Shown here: one piece after another, positions 24,531 through 36,326 of the stretch
How the letters are laid out: each line of letters begins with the position of its first letter
How positions within the stretch are numbered: the first letter of the stretch is position 1
Source of the DNA: Balamuthia mandrillaris
Taxonomy: Eukaryota
DNA length: 64,000 nt
Assembly (NCBI GenBank): GCA_031835245.2
Contig: JAVKOQ020000085.1
Coordinates: 1-64,000 of the forward strand
Reading direction: 5' to 3'
The notes under the pieces: generated by a model
The model's database searches: none
The model's input: only the letters and a program-made list of their open reading frames with translations
Told to the model about the DNA's origin: nothing
Position numbers and translations under genes: made by a program

Positions 24531-25921
24531 ATGGAATGGGACCTGTTGGACCCAACACCGGATGTGCAGGCCCTCTTCGCCAAGTTTGACGCCAAGTACT
24601 TTAACAGCAAGCTCTCTGCTCGGGTGAAGGTGGCATGGAGCACTCAAATGAAACTGTAAGCGCAATCTTTTTTTTTTTTAATTTTTTGCAAAGTGATTTC
24701 TTTCCTTGGTGTGTGTGTGTGTGTTTGTTCTCATCGGGCCCTTCGTGAAAAGGGATGCTGGAGAGTTTGTTCATAGAGGGCGTAGAAACTGCTCCATGAT
24801 CAACCTCAGCGAGCCGTTGCTTAAATTCAGAACCAGAACTGATCTTCTGAGCATACTTTTGGTTTGCGAGCCGCTTTTTCTCTCCTCTTATTCCACTTCC
24901 TGTTCTTTCTGCTTCTCTGCTTCTCTCTTTCTATTCTCTCTGTTTCTCGTTTCACCTTCTCTCTCTGCTCTTCTCTGCTTCTCTCTTTCTCTTTGTCTAT
25001 TTCTCTCTCCTTCTCTCCTTCTCTCTCTATCTCTCTGTCCCTCTTTTTCACGTAGTGTGCTAACATGAGTTGAGGAATGAAGCATGAAATGATCCACGCG
25101 TACCTGTACTGGACGTATGACAAGGACTGGCAGAACCACGGCCCAAAGTTCAAACAGATGATGCGCATCATCAACGAGACGGAGGGCACTCACATCAGCG
25201 AATACCACAACTTTAGAGCCGAGGTTGAGTTTTATCGTTCAAACGGTTCGTGTACTGTTGTCTGTATCCTGTTTTTTTTTTTTTTTTTTTTGCCAGTTGC
25301 TAACAAACAACAAAACAACCAACAGAAACCGCTTCTTCCTCTGCTTCCACAACAACCACAACTAAGGAACGAACGTTAAACTTTTATTTTCAGAACAAGA
25401 AACGGAAAGAACCTGCCAGTTCAACAATGACGACGACGAAGCATGAACAAGGCGAGACTGCACTACCGAGCAAAGCATCCGAAAAAGAATGCAAGCAAGA
25501 CAAACAAGAGGAAGCGGAAGCACCAGAAAAGACATCAGCAGAGAGCAAAGCAGAGACGCTTGAACGGCGGAAAAGAACCAAACATAAAAAGGAAGTATTC
25601 GTAGATTTGACACAAGAAGAAGAGGACCCACCCACAAAACAAACTTCGACAACAACAACAACAACAACCACAGCTCTCTTTTCTTCTGCTGCCATTCACC
25701 GACAACTGCAAGATCATGTGCGCGAACTGAATGCCGCCTCTTCTTTTACTGCTTCTCCTTCTTGTTCTTCTTCTTCTTCTTCTTCTTCTTCTTCTTTTCC
25801 GACACTACCACAGGACTCACAACAGCAAGAAGCTTCTTGCCCTGTTTGTGGGCATCTGTTCCCTCCCTCCTCCTCCAACCGAGCCATCAACGCCCACATG
25901 GACGCTTGCCTGGCCATGTAG
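24531..25921 (+). CDS. SprT-domain metalloprotease (SPRTN/DVC1-like) with PIP-like box and C-terminal UBZ
   Basis: WDLLDPTPDVQALF, LSEPLLKFR, HEMIH, HGPKF..MM..IN, YHNF; ERTLNFYF; CPVC...INAHMDACL. Confidence 0.85.
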
Positions 25922-26126
25922 TGTCCTTTATTTAATTATTCAAAATTCTGGCAATAATTATTGTATACACCACTTCCAAATATAGAAATATTTCCAAGAA
26001 TAATTTCCATAAATAGATATTTAATGATTAATATTTTAATAATTATTTTTAAAACCAAAAAAAACCATCGGTGAACCCCACCCAACAAAACACAAGAAAC
26101 AAATACCCCGCGTTACCCACACAAGG

Positions 26127-27435
26127 ATGCAACAAGGCGGCTACCCTCCCCACGGCGGCTACCCTCCCTCCCAACAAGGCGGCTACCCTCCCTCTCAGCA
26201 AGGCGGTTACCCTCCCTCCCAACATGGCGGCTACCCTCCCTCCCAGGGGGGTTATCCTCCCCAACAACAACAACAACAACAACAAAAGGGAGGCAGCAGC
26301 GGTGGCTACCCTCCCTCCCAGGGAGGCTACCCCCCTCCTTCTCAACAACAGGGCGGATACCCTCCTTCTCAGGGCGGCTACCCTCCCTCCCAACAAGGCG
26401 GCTACCCTCCCTCTCAACAAGGCGGCTATCCTCCCTCCCACCAAGGCGGTGGCTACCCCCCGCAGCAAGGAGGTTACCCCCCGCAACAACAACAGCAAGG
26501 TGGAGGCTACGGCGGAGGCTACGGGCAACAGCAGCAGGGGGCTGGAGGCTGGGGAGCGCAGTACTACAACATGATCCAGCAGCAGCAAATGAATTCGTTG
26601 GAGCAGGTCTTTAGAAGCGCGGACAAGGACCGCAGCGGATCCATTACCGCCAAGTTTGTTCTCTCTCTCTCTCTCTCTCTCTCTCCTTGTTCTTCTAGTT
26701 CTTCGTCTCTTCTTCTCTCTTCTTCTCTTTTGATTTCCAACCCCTTTTTGCTAAAAAAAAAAAAAAAAACAGAGAGCTGATGACCGTGAAGTGGGCTCAC
26801 AACGCCACCTTCACCGCCAAGACCTGCGAGCTTCTTGCTGCCATCTTTGATACCGGTTCGTTCTCTTCTTCTTCTTGTTCTCCTCCTCCTCCTCCTCCTC
26901 TTCCTCCTCTTCCTCCTCCTCCTCACCTACCTACCTCGTTTGTTCTAATCATCAAACAACAAACAAAAAAAAACAGACAAGAACGGAACAGTAGACTTTA
27001 GAGAGTTTGCTCAGCTCTTCCAGTTCGTGCAGAGCATGCACGCCTCCTTCATGATGTACGACGCGGACCGCAGCGGCAAGCTCAACGCGAGGGAGATTGC
27101 CCAGGCCCTCGCCCACTCGGGCTTCTCCTTCCAGCAGAGCACCGTCGACAACATCCTCAAGAAGTTCGCCAAGCAGACCTATCGCGTCGGCTTCCAAATG
27201 GACTTTGAGGGCTTCATTCAGCTCTGCGCTTTCATCGGTGCTTTCTCTTTCTCTTTTCTCTTTCTCTTTCGTCGTTTCTCTTTCTCTTTCTCAAATTCTG
27301 ACTCTCTTTTGTTGTTGTTTTGCGAAACGATAAAAAGGCCAACTGAGGACATTGTTCCAAATGTACGACCGCAACAACAGCGGCACGATCTCTCTGAACA
27401 TGGAGCAGCTCGTCAACGTCGCCTCCGCCTTTTAA
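26127..27435 (+). CDS. Penta-EF-hand calcium-binding protein (peflin/ALG-2/sorcin family) with N-terminal GGYPPSQ repeats
   Basis: EF loops [42 protein letters not shown]; Gly/Pro/Tyr/Gln repeat tail; 3 introns. Confidence 0.9.
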
Positions 27436-27630
27436 AGAGCTCGCCAAACAAACATAACGTTGTTTGAGAAGAAGAAGAAAGAAGAGACGGTGTTGCGCCT
27501 TTATGTGTTGATGTGGGGTGTGGTTTTAAAAAAAACAAAAAAAGAACTCTTGTAGATCTCTCTTTAACTTTCCTGTTTGCATTCTTTGTGTGTTGTGGTT
27601 TAACTTTTGTGGTCCTTGTTGGCTAGCTTT

Positions 27631-27942
27631 TTATCCGATGGGTTTGATCTGGAAAGAGAGTTTGGTGAGAAGCAGCTACAAGAAAGAAGAACAAGAAGAA
27701 CAGTAGGAGGAAAGAAGCGAACTAAAGAGAAGAACAAAGAAGAGCGCAGAGAGAGAGAGAGAGAGAGCAGAGGAACCTTAAAGTGCATGCCGATGAGTGC
27801 AAAAACGAAGCATTTGAGGTCTTGTACAAGATAGTAGAAGACCCGCAGGCCTTCCGCGTCTTTACAGCTTTGAACTTCCAACAACGACCCGATCTTTGAC
27901 GTCTGTTTTGATCGTTTGGTGATAAGTTAGAGAAGAAGAAAC

Positions 27943-27988
<46 letters not shown>

Positions 27989-28603
27989 GAGCGAAGGAGA
28001 GAATAGCGAAGCGGAAGAGAGAGGAGCAAAGAGAGAAGTAAAGAGGCAGCAAGCAAAAGAGAGCGAGCGAAACTTTACCGAGAAAGAAATGTGGTCTTTG
28101 CCCAACACCACTTCCAACTCTTGGGTGCCACTCACGTCGGGTTCTGGCCACCTCGAATCGTCCTCCCTTTTTAACATTTTTTCGAAATAAAAACATTGAG
28201 CCACAAAAACTATGATCACATCACGACGAGGGGGAAAAAGCGCACTTTAGAATGCCGCTGTCTTCGATGATTTTCTTCAGCTCTCCCAAAAGGGTGGGGC
28301 TCACATAAGCTATTGATTTCATTTGTTGTCGGATGAGTTTTTATTCAAAAAATAAATAAATAAAAAAGGGGGAACCCAAACAACACAAGAAAAAAGAAGA
28401 GTGTGATTGGAGATGAAAGTAGCAAAAAAAAAAAAAACGCAGATTCTCTCCAAACCTTCTTTTCGGATCATGGTGGCGTTCTTGTAGTGCGAGTTGTTGG
28501 CATAGCGCATCTTCCCATCGGGTCGGAACTCAAACTCCAAAAATTCGTGGCCAAACTTGCCCACATGGCCCACGTAGTACCGCACGTAAAAATCTTCGTC
28601 CAT
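27631..28603 (-). CDS. MAGO: Mago nashi (exon junction complex core)
   Basis: [73 protein letters not shown]. Confidence 0.97.
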
Positions 28604-28942
28604 GCTGCCCCCTTTTTCTTGCCTTTCTCTCCCCTCTATCTCTCAGCAGCTTCTCTTTTTGTTCTTTGTGTTGAATCTTCTCTTCTTTTTATTTTTTCTT
28701 TTGTCGACAATTTTCTGCCCAATTATCGACGATAATCTGTTCTATTGTTCCCGTCAAAAAAAATATCACGAAAAATTTTTGAATATGAGATATATCGCTC
28801 CCATTTGGTAAAAGAGAGTACAAAAGTTGGAAATTTTGCAATCATCAAAAATTAATTTAGGATTTTGGATTTTCGGAACAATCTATCCAATTATATACAC
28901 AATTATCGACTTGACGAAAAGAAAGAGAGAAGAAAGAGAGAG

Positions 28943-30435
28943 ATGGAAGCGGCAGCCAAAGAGTTGTTTGACAGCGACGGCAAGAACGGCGAGCTGGCCA
29001 AGAAGTTGCATGACCTCATCCGCTTGGTTCCTGACTTTCCTCAACCTGGTTTTTCACCTTTCAATTTTTTTTAAATATATTTTGAACGTCAAGATTTGAC
29101 TTTCTTTTTCGATTCCCTCAAATATAAAGGCATTCTCTTTCGAGATATCACGACGTTGTTGGTCTCGCCGGAGGGGCTGAGCGACACGTTGGAGGGCTTC
29201 TACCAAAAGTACAAGGACCAACACATCGACCTCGTTGCTGGTCCGTAGTGGTTCCTGCATTTATGTATTTATTTTTTTTTTTTTTTGGAGCTGATCGGAA
29301 GCGAGCGATGAACGACAGGAATGGAGGCGAGAGGCTTTTTGTTCGGCCCTGCTCTTGCCATCAAGCTAGGCTGTGGTTTCGTCATGTTGCGCAAGCCCAA
29401 CAAGCTGCCGGGTATGTTCGCCCTCCTCCTTGTCTCTTCTCTCTTCTCTCTTCTCTCTTCTCTCTTCTCTCTTCTCTCTTCTCTCTCCTCTCTTCTCTCT
29501 TCTCTCTTCTCTCTTCTCTCTTCTCTCTTCTCTCTTCTCTCTTCTCTCTTCTCTCTTCTCTCTTCTCTCTTCTCTCTTCTCTCTCTTTTGCATTCTTTCT
29601 CTCTCCTCTGATTAAAATGTTCATCACAACACTTTGCTATAGGCGAGAAACATGAGGTTTACTATGGCAAAGAATATGTACTTCATTCCTTCTTGTTCTT
29701 CTTCGTTTTTCTTCTTCTTCTGCTGCTTCTTGTTCTTCTTGTTCTTGTTCTTGTTCTTGTTCTTGTTCTTGTTCTTGTTCTTGTTCTTCTTCTTGTTCTT
29801 GTTCTTGTTCTTGTTCTTGTTCTTGTTCTTGTTCTTCTTCTTGTTCTTGTTCTTGTTCTTGTTCTTCTTCTTGTTCTTGTTCTTGTTCTTGTTCTTGTTC
29901 TTGTTCTTGTTCTTGTTCTTCTTCTTGTTCTTGTTCTTGTTCTTGTTCTTCTTCTTGTTCTTGTTCTTGTTCTTGTTCTTGTTCTTGTTCTTGTTCTTGT
30001 TCTTCTTCTTCTTCTTCTGCTTTGATGTTTTGCTATTATCGTTTCTTTCCGCCTTCCTCCTTTTGTGCGTGCATAAGACAAACAAAATCAACCAAACAAA
30101 AGGGTAAACAAGACTGTCTGTGCCTCAGCAAAGGCCTGGTAAAGAGCGGACAGAGAGTTCTCATCTTGGACGACTTGATTGCCACCGGCGGTACCGCCGC
30201 CGCTGCGATTGACCTCATCAGTACGTTTGTTTAGCCATCCACTTTTTCTTCTTCTTCTATTTCTTCTTGTTCCTCTTCTTGTTCTTCTTCCTTCTTTTCG
30301 CTAACGAAATGGAGAACAGAGGAAGCAGGAGGTGAGGTGGCAGGCAGCGCCTTCATCGTGGAACTTTCTGAACTGCCAGGGAGAGAAAACTTGGAGAAGC
30401 TTGGCTCCGACGTTTTCTCCCTCATCAAATGTTAA
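28943..30435 (+). CDS. APRT: Adenine phosphoribosyltransferase, 6 exons
   Basis: [42 protein letters not shown] motif [13 protein letters not shown]. Confidence 0.95.
29433..29586. repeat. 12-bp C/T tandem repeat (TCTTCTCTCTTC-like) in an APRT intron
   Basis: Tandem array of pure pyrimidines. Confidence 0.9.
29726..30002. repeat. (TTCTTG)n with TTC interruptions in an APRT intron
   Basis: Tandem hexamer array. Confidence 0.95.
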
Positions 30436-30486
30436 CGCTCTTTCTCTCTTCCTTTGCAAACATTCATTTTTTGTTTGTTTGTTCTT

Positions 30487-32501
30487 TTACGTTGTATTAC
30501 TTCTCTTCAGAGCTTGAAGAAAGTGACGCTGATGAACCTATTCGTATTTCATTTCTGCAAATCAGTTTCAAAGAAGAGAACGAAGAAAGAGGGTGAAGAA
30601 TGATGAAGGAATGAAGAAAGAAGAAGAAAGGAGAGAACGTACAAAAGAGCAATTCAAGTCCTCACGAAGACAAATCATAGCAGCTTCACGACAAAGATTC
30701 TCAAGAGCAGCCCCACTAAACCCATCCGTGTTTGCAGCCAATTCGCGAACGATGGCTTCCTTTGCTTTTCCTTCTTCTTGTGCTGCCGCAACTGGCATTG
30801 ACTCCATTTTCTTTCGTAGAATATCTTCTCTCTGTTTCTGATCAGGCAGCGGAATGTGAAGATGTAAGCTGAAGCGTCCTGGGCGGAGGATGGCTGCATC
30901 CACCATGTCCAAACGATTTGTTGCTTTTGTGATGGTAAAAGCACAACGGCTATCAGCGTTTGTCTTGGGCTTCTGTACAGAAGAGAGAAGAACGCAAAGA
31001 GAGAACAGAGAGAATCGAGAGGGTACCGGCAAGAAGAATGACTCGATTGTTTGAGGAAGCGGCGGTGGAGGTCATGCTCTGTTTGTTGGTGATTCCGTCC
31101 ATCTCCGTTAACAGGCAGCTAAGAATACGATCGAATGTATTCTCTGTAGAAGTATCATGTCCTCGCTTTCGAGCAACCATCTCCACCTTTTGTTGTTGGG
31201 TAAGCAAAACCACAACGAGAAGAAGAGAGGAAGAAAAGAAGAGGAGAAGGAAATGAACCTGATCTATGAACAAGATGCACGGGGCACTGGCTCGCGCTTT
31301 GGCGAATACTCTGCTGAGTGCCCGTTCTGACTCACCCAATACCTTGGACAACACTTCCGAGCCCTGGAAACGGTTAGCAACTCTTCTCACCTTCCCTTCC
31401 CTCTTTTCTTTTCTTCTTTAATACGTACTTGCACACTGACAAAGTTCACCTGAGAGGCATTAGCAATGGCCTGGGCAAGAGCAGTCTTGCCACAACCAGA
31501 GGGTCCGTGGAGCAGCACGCCGCTCGGAGGGGCAATGCCAAAACGAAGGAACCGCTCTGGTTCTTCAAATGGTTGGATCAGTGATAGCTGCAGTTGTTTA
31601 ATGGCTTCCGATAAGCCGCCTAAAGTATCGAATGTGATATCTGCAGAGATCTTCATTTTGTTTTAAGAAAAAGAGGTTTAATACCGAAAAGAAGAAGGAG
31701 AAAGGTGGAAGAAGAAGAAGAAGAAGAAGAAGAAGAAGAAGAAGAAGAAGAAGAAGAACAAGAACAAGAACAAGAACAAGAACAAGAACAAGAACAAGAA
31801 CAAGAACAAGAACAAGAAGAAGAAGAAGAAGAAGAAGAAGCAAGAAAGGAGTACTTTGCGTTCGTTCGTATGCTCAGCGAGCATGGCAGGAGTCACAAAT
31901 TTCAGGGCCTGCTTAAAGTCCTCGTGGGTAATGACCGCTTTTGTAGGCGTCTCAATGGCTTGATGTTGTTGTCTTTGGTGACGACGAAGAGCTGTCATCG
32001 CCGCCTCTTTAAATAGACGATCGATATCAGCGCCAACAAAGCCATGAGTGCTTTTGGCTAATTCTTCCCAATCGACTCTTTCTCCTTTGTGTTCTTCTGT
32101 TGTGCTACATGAGGGCTGTGTATGTCGAAGAGGGAAGATGAAAGAAAAATACTAGTTCAAGAAATTGTTGGAATGCAGAAAGAAGGAAAGGATATGGTTG
32201 TTGGCCATTGCTTTAAATATGCTTAACCGCTCTAACGGTGTAGGAGCTGTGCATTCGATAAGTCTATCACCGAACCGTCCTGCTGCCAGTACGTTTTGTT
32301 CAATACTTGATAAACGGCTCGTTGTTGCTTTGCATTCGATATCGTCAAGTTAGCTGTGAGTTAAAAGCAGAGAGAAGAAGAGAGCATCAAACCAATTACA
32401 AAAACAAAAGCTGGCGAAACGGAAATAGAGTCAAGAAGAGAAAGCATTAACGATACAATCCGCTGTTCAACCTCTGCATGTTCATGTTATTACCGTGAAA
32501 G

Positions 32502-32534
<33 letters not shown>

Positions 32535-33805
32535 ATGGGAGAGAAGACAAACGAGATTCGTACGATAGAAAGAAGAATCTTCGCTGGACTTGGTGCGAGC
32601 AGGTGCCAATGCATCAATTTCATCGATTATAAGAATGGAAGGAGCGTTTGCTTTGGCCCTTTCGAACAGTTCGCTCAGAAACTGTTCGCTCTCTCCTTCA
32701 TCTGTTCTTTTCTCAAATTAATAACAAAAACAACCAAGAGAAATAAAAGTGAGCAAAGAACGTAACTAGGTTTAAATGCAGAAGGACCACTCAAAAAGAT
32801 TTCATGGAAGCCAGAATGTCTGGCGACAGCTTTGGCCAACAACGTCTTTCCAGTCCCTGAAATGCCATGCAGTAACGCACAGCGTGGTGCCGCTATACAA
32901 GACGAAGGCGAAAAAGAAGAACGTCGTTGAGAAGAGAGGCGGAAAGAGGTTCGAATGGCCGAGCAGAGTTGAGAGAGAGGTTGTTGCATGCCACCGACCT
33001 CTGTGCTCACTCCATCTTCCCAACTTTGGTTTCCGGTTTTTACACTTGTGGGAGAAGAAGAAGAAGAACAAGAAGAACAAGAAGAAGAAAAGTGGATGGC
33101 TGTAGTTTCGGATATTCGACAAAGAGAGGACGTAGAAGAATGAGAAGAGGAGGCAGAAGAAGGAGAACAAGACGCCACTCGTAGGCACTGTTGAACCGAA
33201 GAAGAAGAAGCAGAAGAAGGAGAGGAAGACCAAAGAATAGGAACAAGGGCACCACTCGTGCAGACGACGCCGGAAAGCAGCGCAGAAAGAAAGGAAGGAG
33301 CCGCTTTGGAGTTGCCAAGGAATGGCAGCAGCCGCTTGGCAGAGGAGCGAGATGGGGAGCGGTCTTCCAGAAGAGGGGCGAGCGTCACGGAGTGAGCGGG
33401 CGGTACGTCGCGAAGCCACGTCGCTGGAAAATGAAGCCGAATGGTCCTCCTCTTCGTCTTCTCTTTCAGCTTTGTTTCTTCTTCTTCAAAACTTTCATGT
33501 AAACGAACGAACCATGAGCTGAGCCAACAGCGGCAAGTGGTGTCGTCTCCCACAGTGGCCACAGGCCCTTCCTCCTCGTTGTCGTCGTCGCCAAAGAGGA
33601 GCGCCTCGGGATCGGCTTCGCAGCACTGGATCAAAGCAGGGACCAAGGTGGTCGAGCCGCCGAAGGAGACGAGAAGGATTTGGCCGATGAACGCGCCGTG
33701 TTTTTTGAGCAGGTCACGATGTAGCCATAGGCAGGGCGTGCTCTCCGTGCGCACGGAGGGGATGGAGCCCTGAAGCACGGCTTCCACCACGCGACTCGCC
33801 ATCAT
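30487..33805 (-). CDS. Type II (double) AAA+ ATPase, CDC48/AFG2-SPATA5-like
   Basis: D1 GISGTGKT and [18 protein letters not shown]2 [57 protein letters not shown]. Confidence 0.85.
31707..31841. repeat. (GAA)n/(GAACAA)n microsatellite in an AAA-gene intron
   Basis: Tandem array. Confidence 0.9.
32118..32195 (-). other. Probable U12-type AT-AC intron (78 nt; alternative 3' end at 32124)
   Basis: 5'SS ATATCCTTT directly after ...[11 protein letters not shown]; an in-frame TAG follows if unspliced; AC acceptors restore frame to ...[18 protein letters not shown]. Confidence 0.75.
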
Positions 33806-34258
33806 TCTTTCTTTCTTTCGCTCCTGCAATCTTCCGTGTCGTCGCGATTCCTCTAATATGACGTCATGTACATCCTTATGAGGTAAATCTCTCGTCATCC
33901 GGACGAATTTCCCGCCAATCAGAACGGTCACAAGAAATTATAGTTGTCGACCCAAATAACCCGTAATGACGAATTAAGGCCTGGCGACGGGGACACTCGA
34001 AACGTCCCCCGGATCTGCCCAACCGTTTCTTCCTTGTCGACACTTACTTTTTGGGTGATGTTCCCTGACTTTGTACCCATTTGACCGATGGACGTATGTT
34101 GCTCGCCACCATGGACACCTCTACCAAAAAAAAAAAATCAGGTAAACCTCTTTTTTTTTCGCTGCAAAAAAAAAAAAAGGGGAAAAGAAAGACAAACAAA
34201 GCAAAACAAAACACACAACACACCCGCACCAAAAAAAAAAAAAAAAAGAGTAGCAAGC

Positions 34259-35789
34259 ATGGGATCGTGTTTGTCCAAGGGAGGGGATGATGACCACAAG
34301 AAGCCGACCAAGGCAAAGACAAAGGACCCGGAGCACGAGGGAGAGTCCAAGTCCGCGCAGGAGAGCTCCAAACCCGCCGAGAGGAGGCCCATCCCCCAGG
34401 GAAAGAAGATAAACAACAACGAACTCCCCGAGGACTTTATCATTTTCGAACCCATCGAAGATGAATTCGATCTTGGCGAGGAAATCGGAAAGTACGTTAT
34501 TTTATTTTATTTTATTTGTTCTCCTATTTTTTTTCTCCTTCTCCGCTATGTTTTCCCCCTCATCTTCTTTGTCTCATCCCTCCGCTGCTTTGCCCTCCAC
34601 TCTTTTTTTCTCTACTATTTTTTAACCTTTGTTTCTCCTTCTCACCTTCTCCTCCGCTACTTTTTTGTTTTTGCTTCTCTCTCCTCTCGCTCTCTCCCTC
34701 TTCGTCCATTAAAAAAATAGGGGAGGTTTCTCTGTAGTCTACAAAGCCACCAGGAAAAAGGACGGTGAGGAGTTTGCGGTCAAGTGTATAAAGAAGAAGC
34801 TGGTGGAAGGCGATGACATTAAGCTCCTCCGCCGCGAGATCCAGATCATGACCCAGCTGGAGCACCCCAACATCCTAAAGCTCTTCCAGGTCTACGAGGA
34901 CGACGAGCAATTCTACCTGGTCATGGAGCTGGTCAAGGGCAAGGAGTTGTTCGACAAGATTGTGGAGCGCGGCATGTACTCCGAGAGGGACGCCTCCAAC
35001 ATCATCTTCCAGGTCGTCTCCGCCGTGGACTACCTCCACGAGAACGGCATTGCTCACCGTGATCTGAAGCCCGAGAACTTGTTGGCTGCCGGCGATGGCG
35101 CCGATGAGATCATCAAAATTGCTGACTTTGGTTTTGCCAAGAGCTTCTCCGAGGACGGAGAGAAGTTGATGACCTCTTGTGGTTCTCCTGGCTACGTTGG
35201 TACGTCTTTCTCTCTTCGCTCCTCTCTTTTCCCGCTCTCTTATCTGTTCTCGTTCCTCTTTCCTTCTATTGTTTTTCTCTTTCTCCTTCTTGTCTTCTAA
35301 CTTGTGCTTTTTGTGTCCCGCAGCTCCTGAGATCTTGACTGCCGAGTCTTACGACAAGTCCGTCGACATGTGGTCCGTCGGTGTAATTGTATACATCTTG
35401 TACGTGTTCCCCCTCTTTTATCCTTTCTTTGCTTCTCTTCTTCCTTCTCTGTGCTTTTTTTCTTTACAAAACATCTTTGCAATCTGTCTTTTGTCTCACC
35501 TCATTGCCTGTTACCTCCTATCAGGTTGAGCGGCTATCCTCCGTTTTACGCGGACAGCGCCCCCGCCCTCTTCAAGAAGATCATGGACGTGAAGTACGAC
35601 TTTGATGACACCGTCTGGGACGAGATCAGCGACTCTGCCAAGGACCTCATCCGCAACCTCCTGGTCAAGGACCCCACCAGAAGGTTCACCGCCAAGCAGT
35701 GCCTGGAGCATCCTTGGGTCAAGGGCTCCTCTTGCAACGACAAGGCTCTTTTGGATGGCCAAAGGATCAAGAAGGCAACTGGCATCTAA
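34259..35789 (+). CDS. CaMK-group Ser/Thr kinase (CaMKI/MLCK-A-like), predicted N-myristoylated
   Basis: IGKGGFSVV, AVK, HRDLKPEN, DFG, CGSPGYVAPE, DMWSVGVI; N-terminus MGSCLSK. Confidence 0.93.
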
Positions 35790-36326
35790 ACGAAAGCGGC
35801 GGAAGTTAAAAACAAACAAAAAAAAAAAACGATGCCTGCCAGCGTGTTCTTTTATCTATTATTTCTTTCTTAACGTTAACCTTGACTCAGTTTTTCATAT
35901 TTTTGATACTATTAAATATTTGCGTGAATGTAAAAAAAAACCAAAAAACTTGCCTCTCGCTGCTTCTTCCTCTCGAGCCTCTCTCTTCTCTCTTTCTCTC
36001 TTTCTTCTCTCTTGGCTCATTATCAACGACACCCTCAACCTCGTACGCTAATACCTCCTTTTTTCGTCGACACCTCAAATTATGGAAAATTCCCTGATTC
36101 GCCTTAAATTTAAGGTGCTCGATTGCTTCCTGAAAGGACACTCTCGCATATTAATCGCTAAAGACTTTTTACTCTTGCTTCTTCTTCTTTCTTCTATCTT
36201 CTTCATCTCAGTCGGAAAGCTTCCCCCTCTTCTTGTCGTTGAAGCCTTGGTGTTCCTCTCTTGCCTTCCCCCCCTCTTCTTGTCGTTGAAGCCTTTGCTC
36301 AACCTAGAAGAGGAAGGAAGAAAGAA

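Noticed and set aside
26127..26560. GGYPPSQQ tandem repeats as a separate repeat element or an antisense ORF
   Set aside because: This is the ordinary Gly/Pro-rich N-terminal tail of penta-EF-hand proteins.
29624..30107. ORFs of poly-KN, RT, LF or LV dipeptides (also 60375-60844 and 31598-32016)
   Set aside because: They are translations of intronic (TTCTTG)n microsatellites lying between clear GT-AG boundaries.
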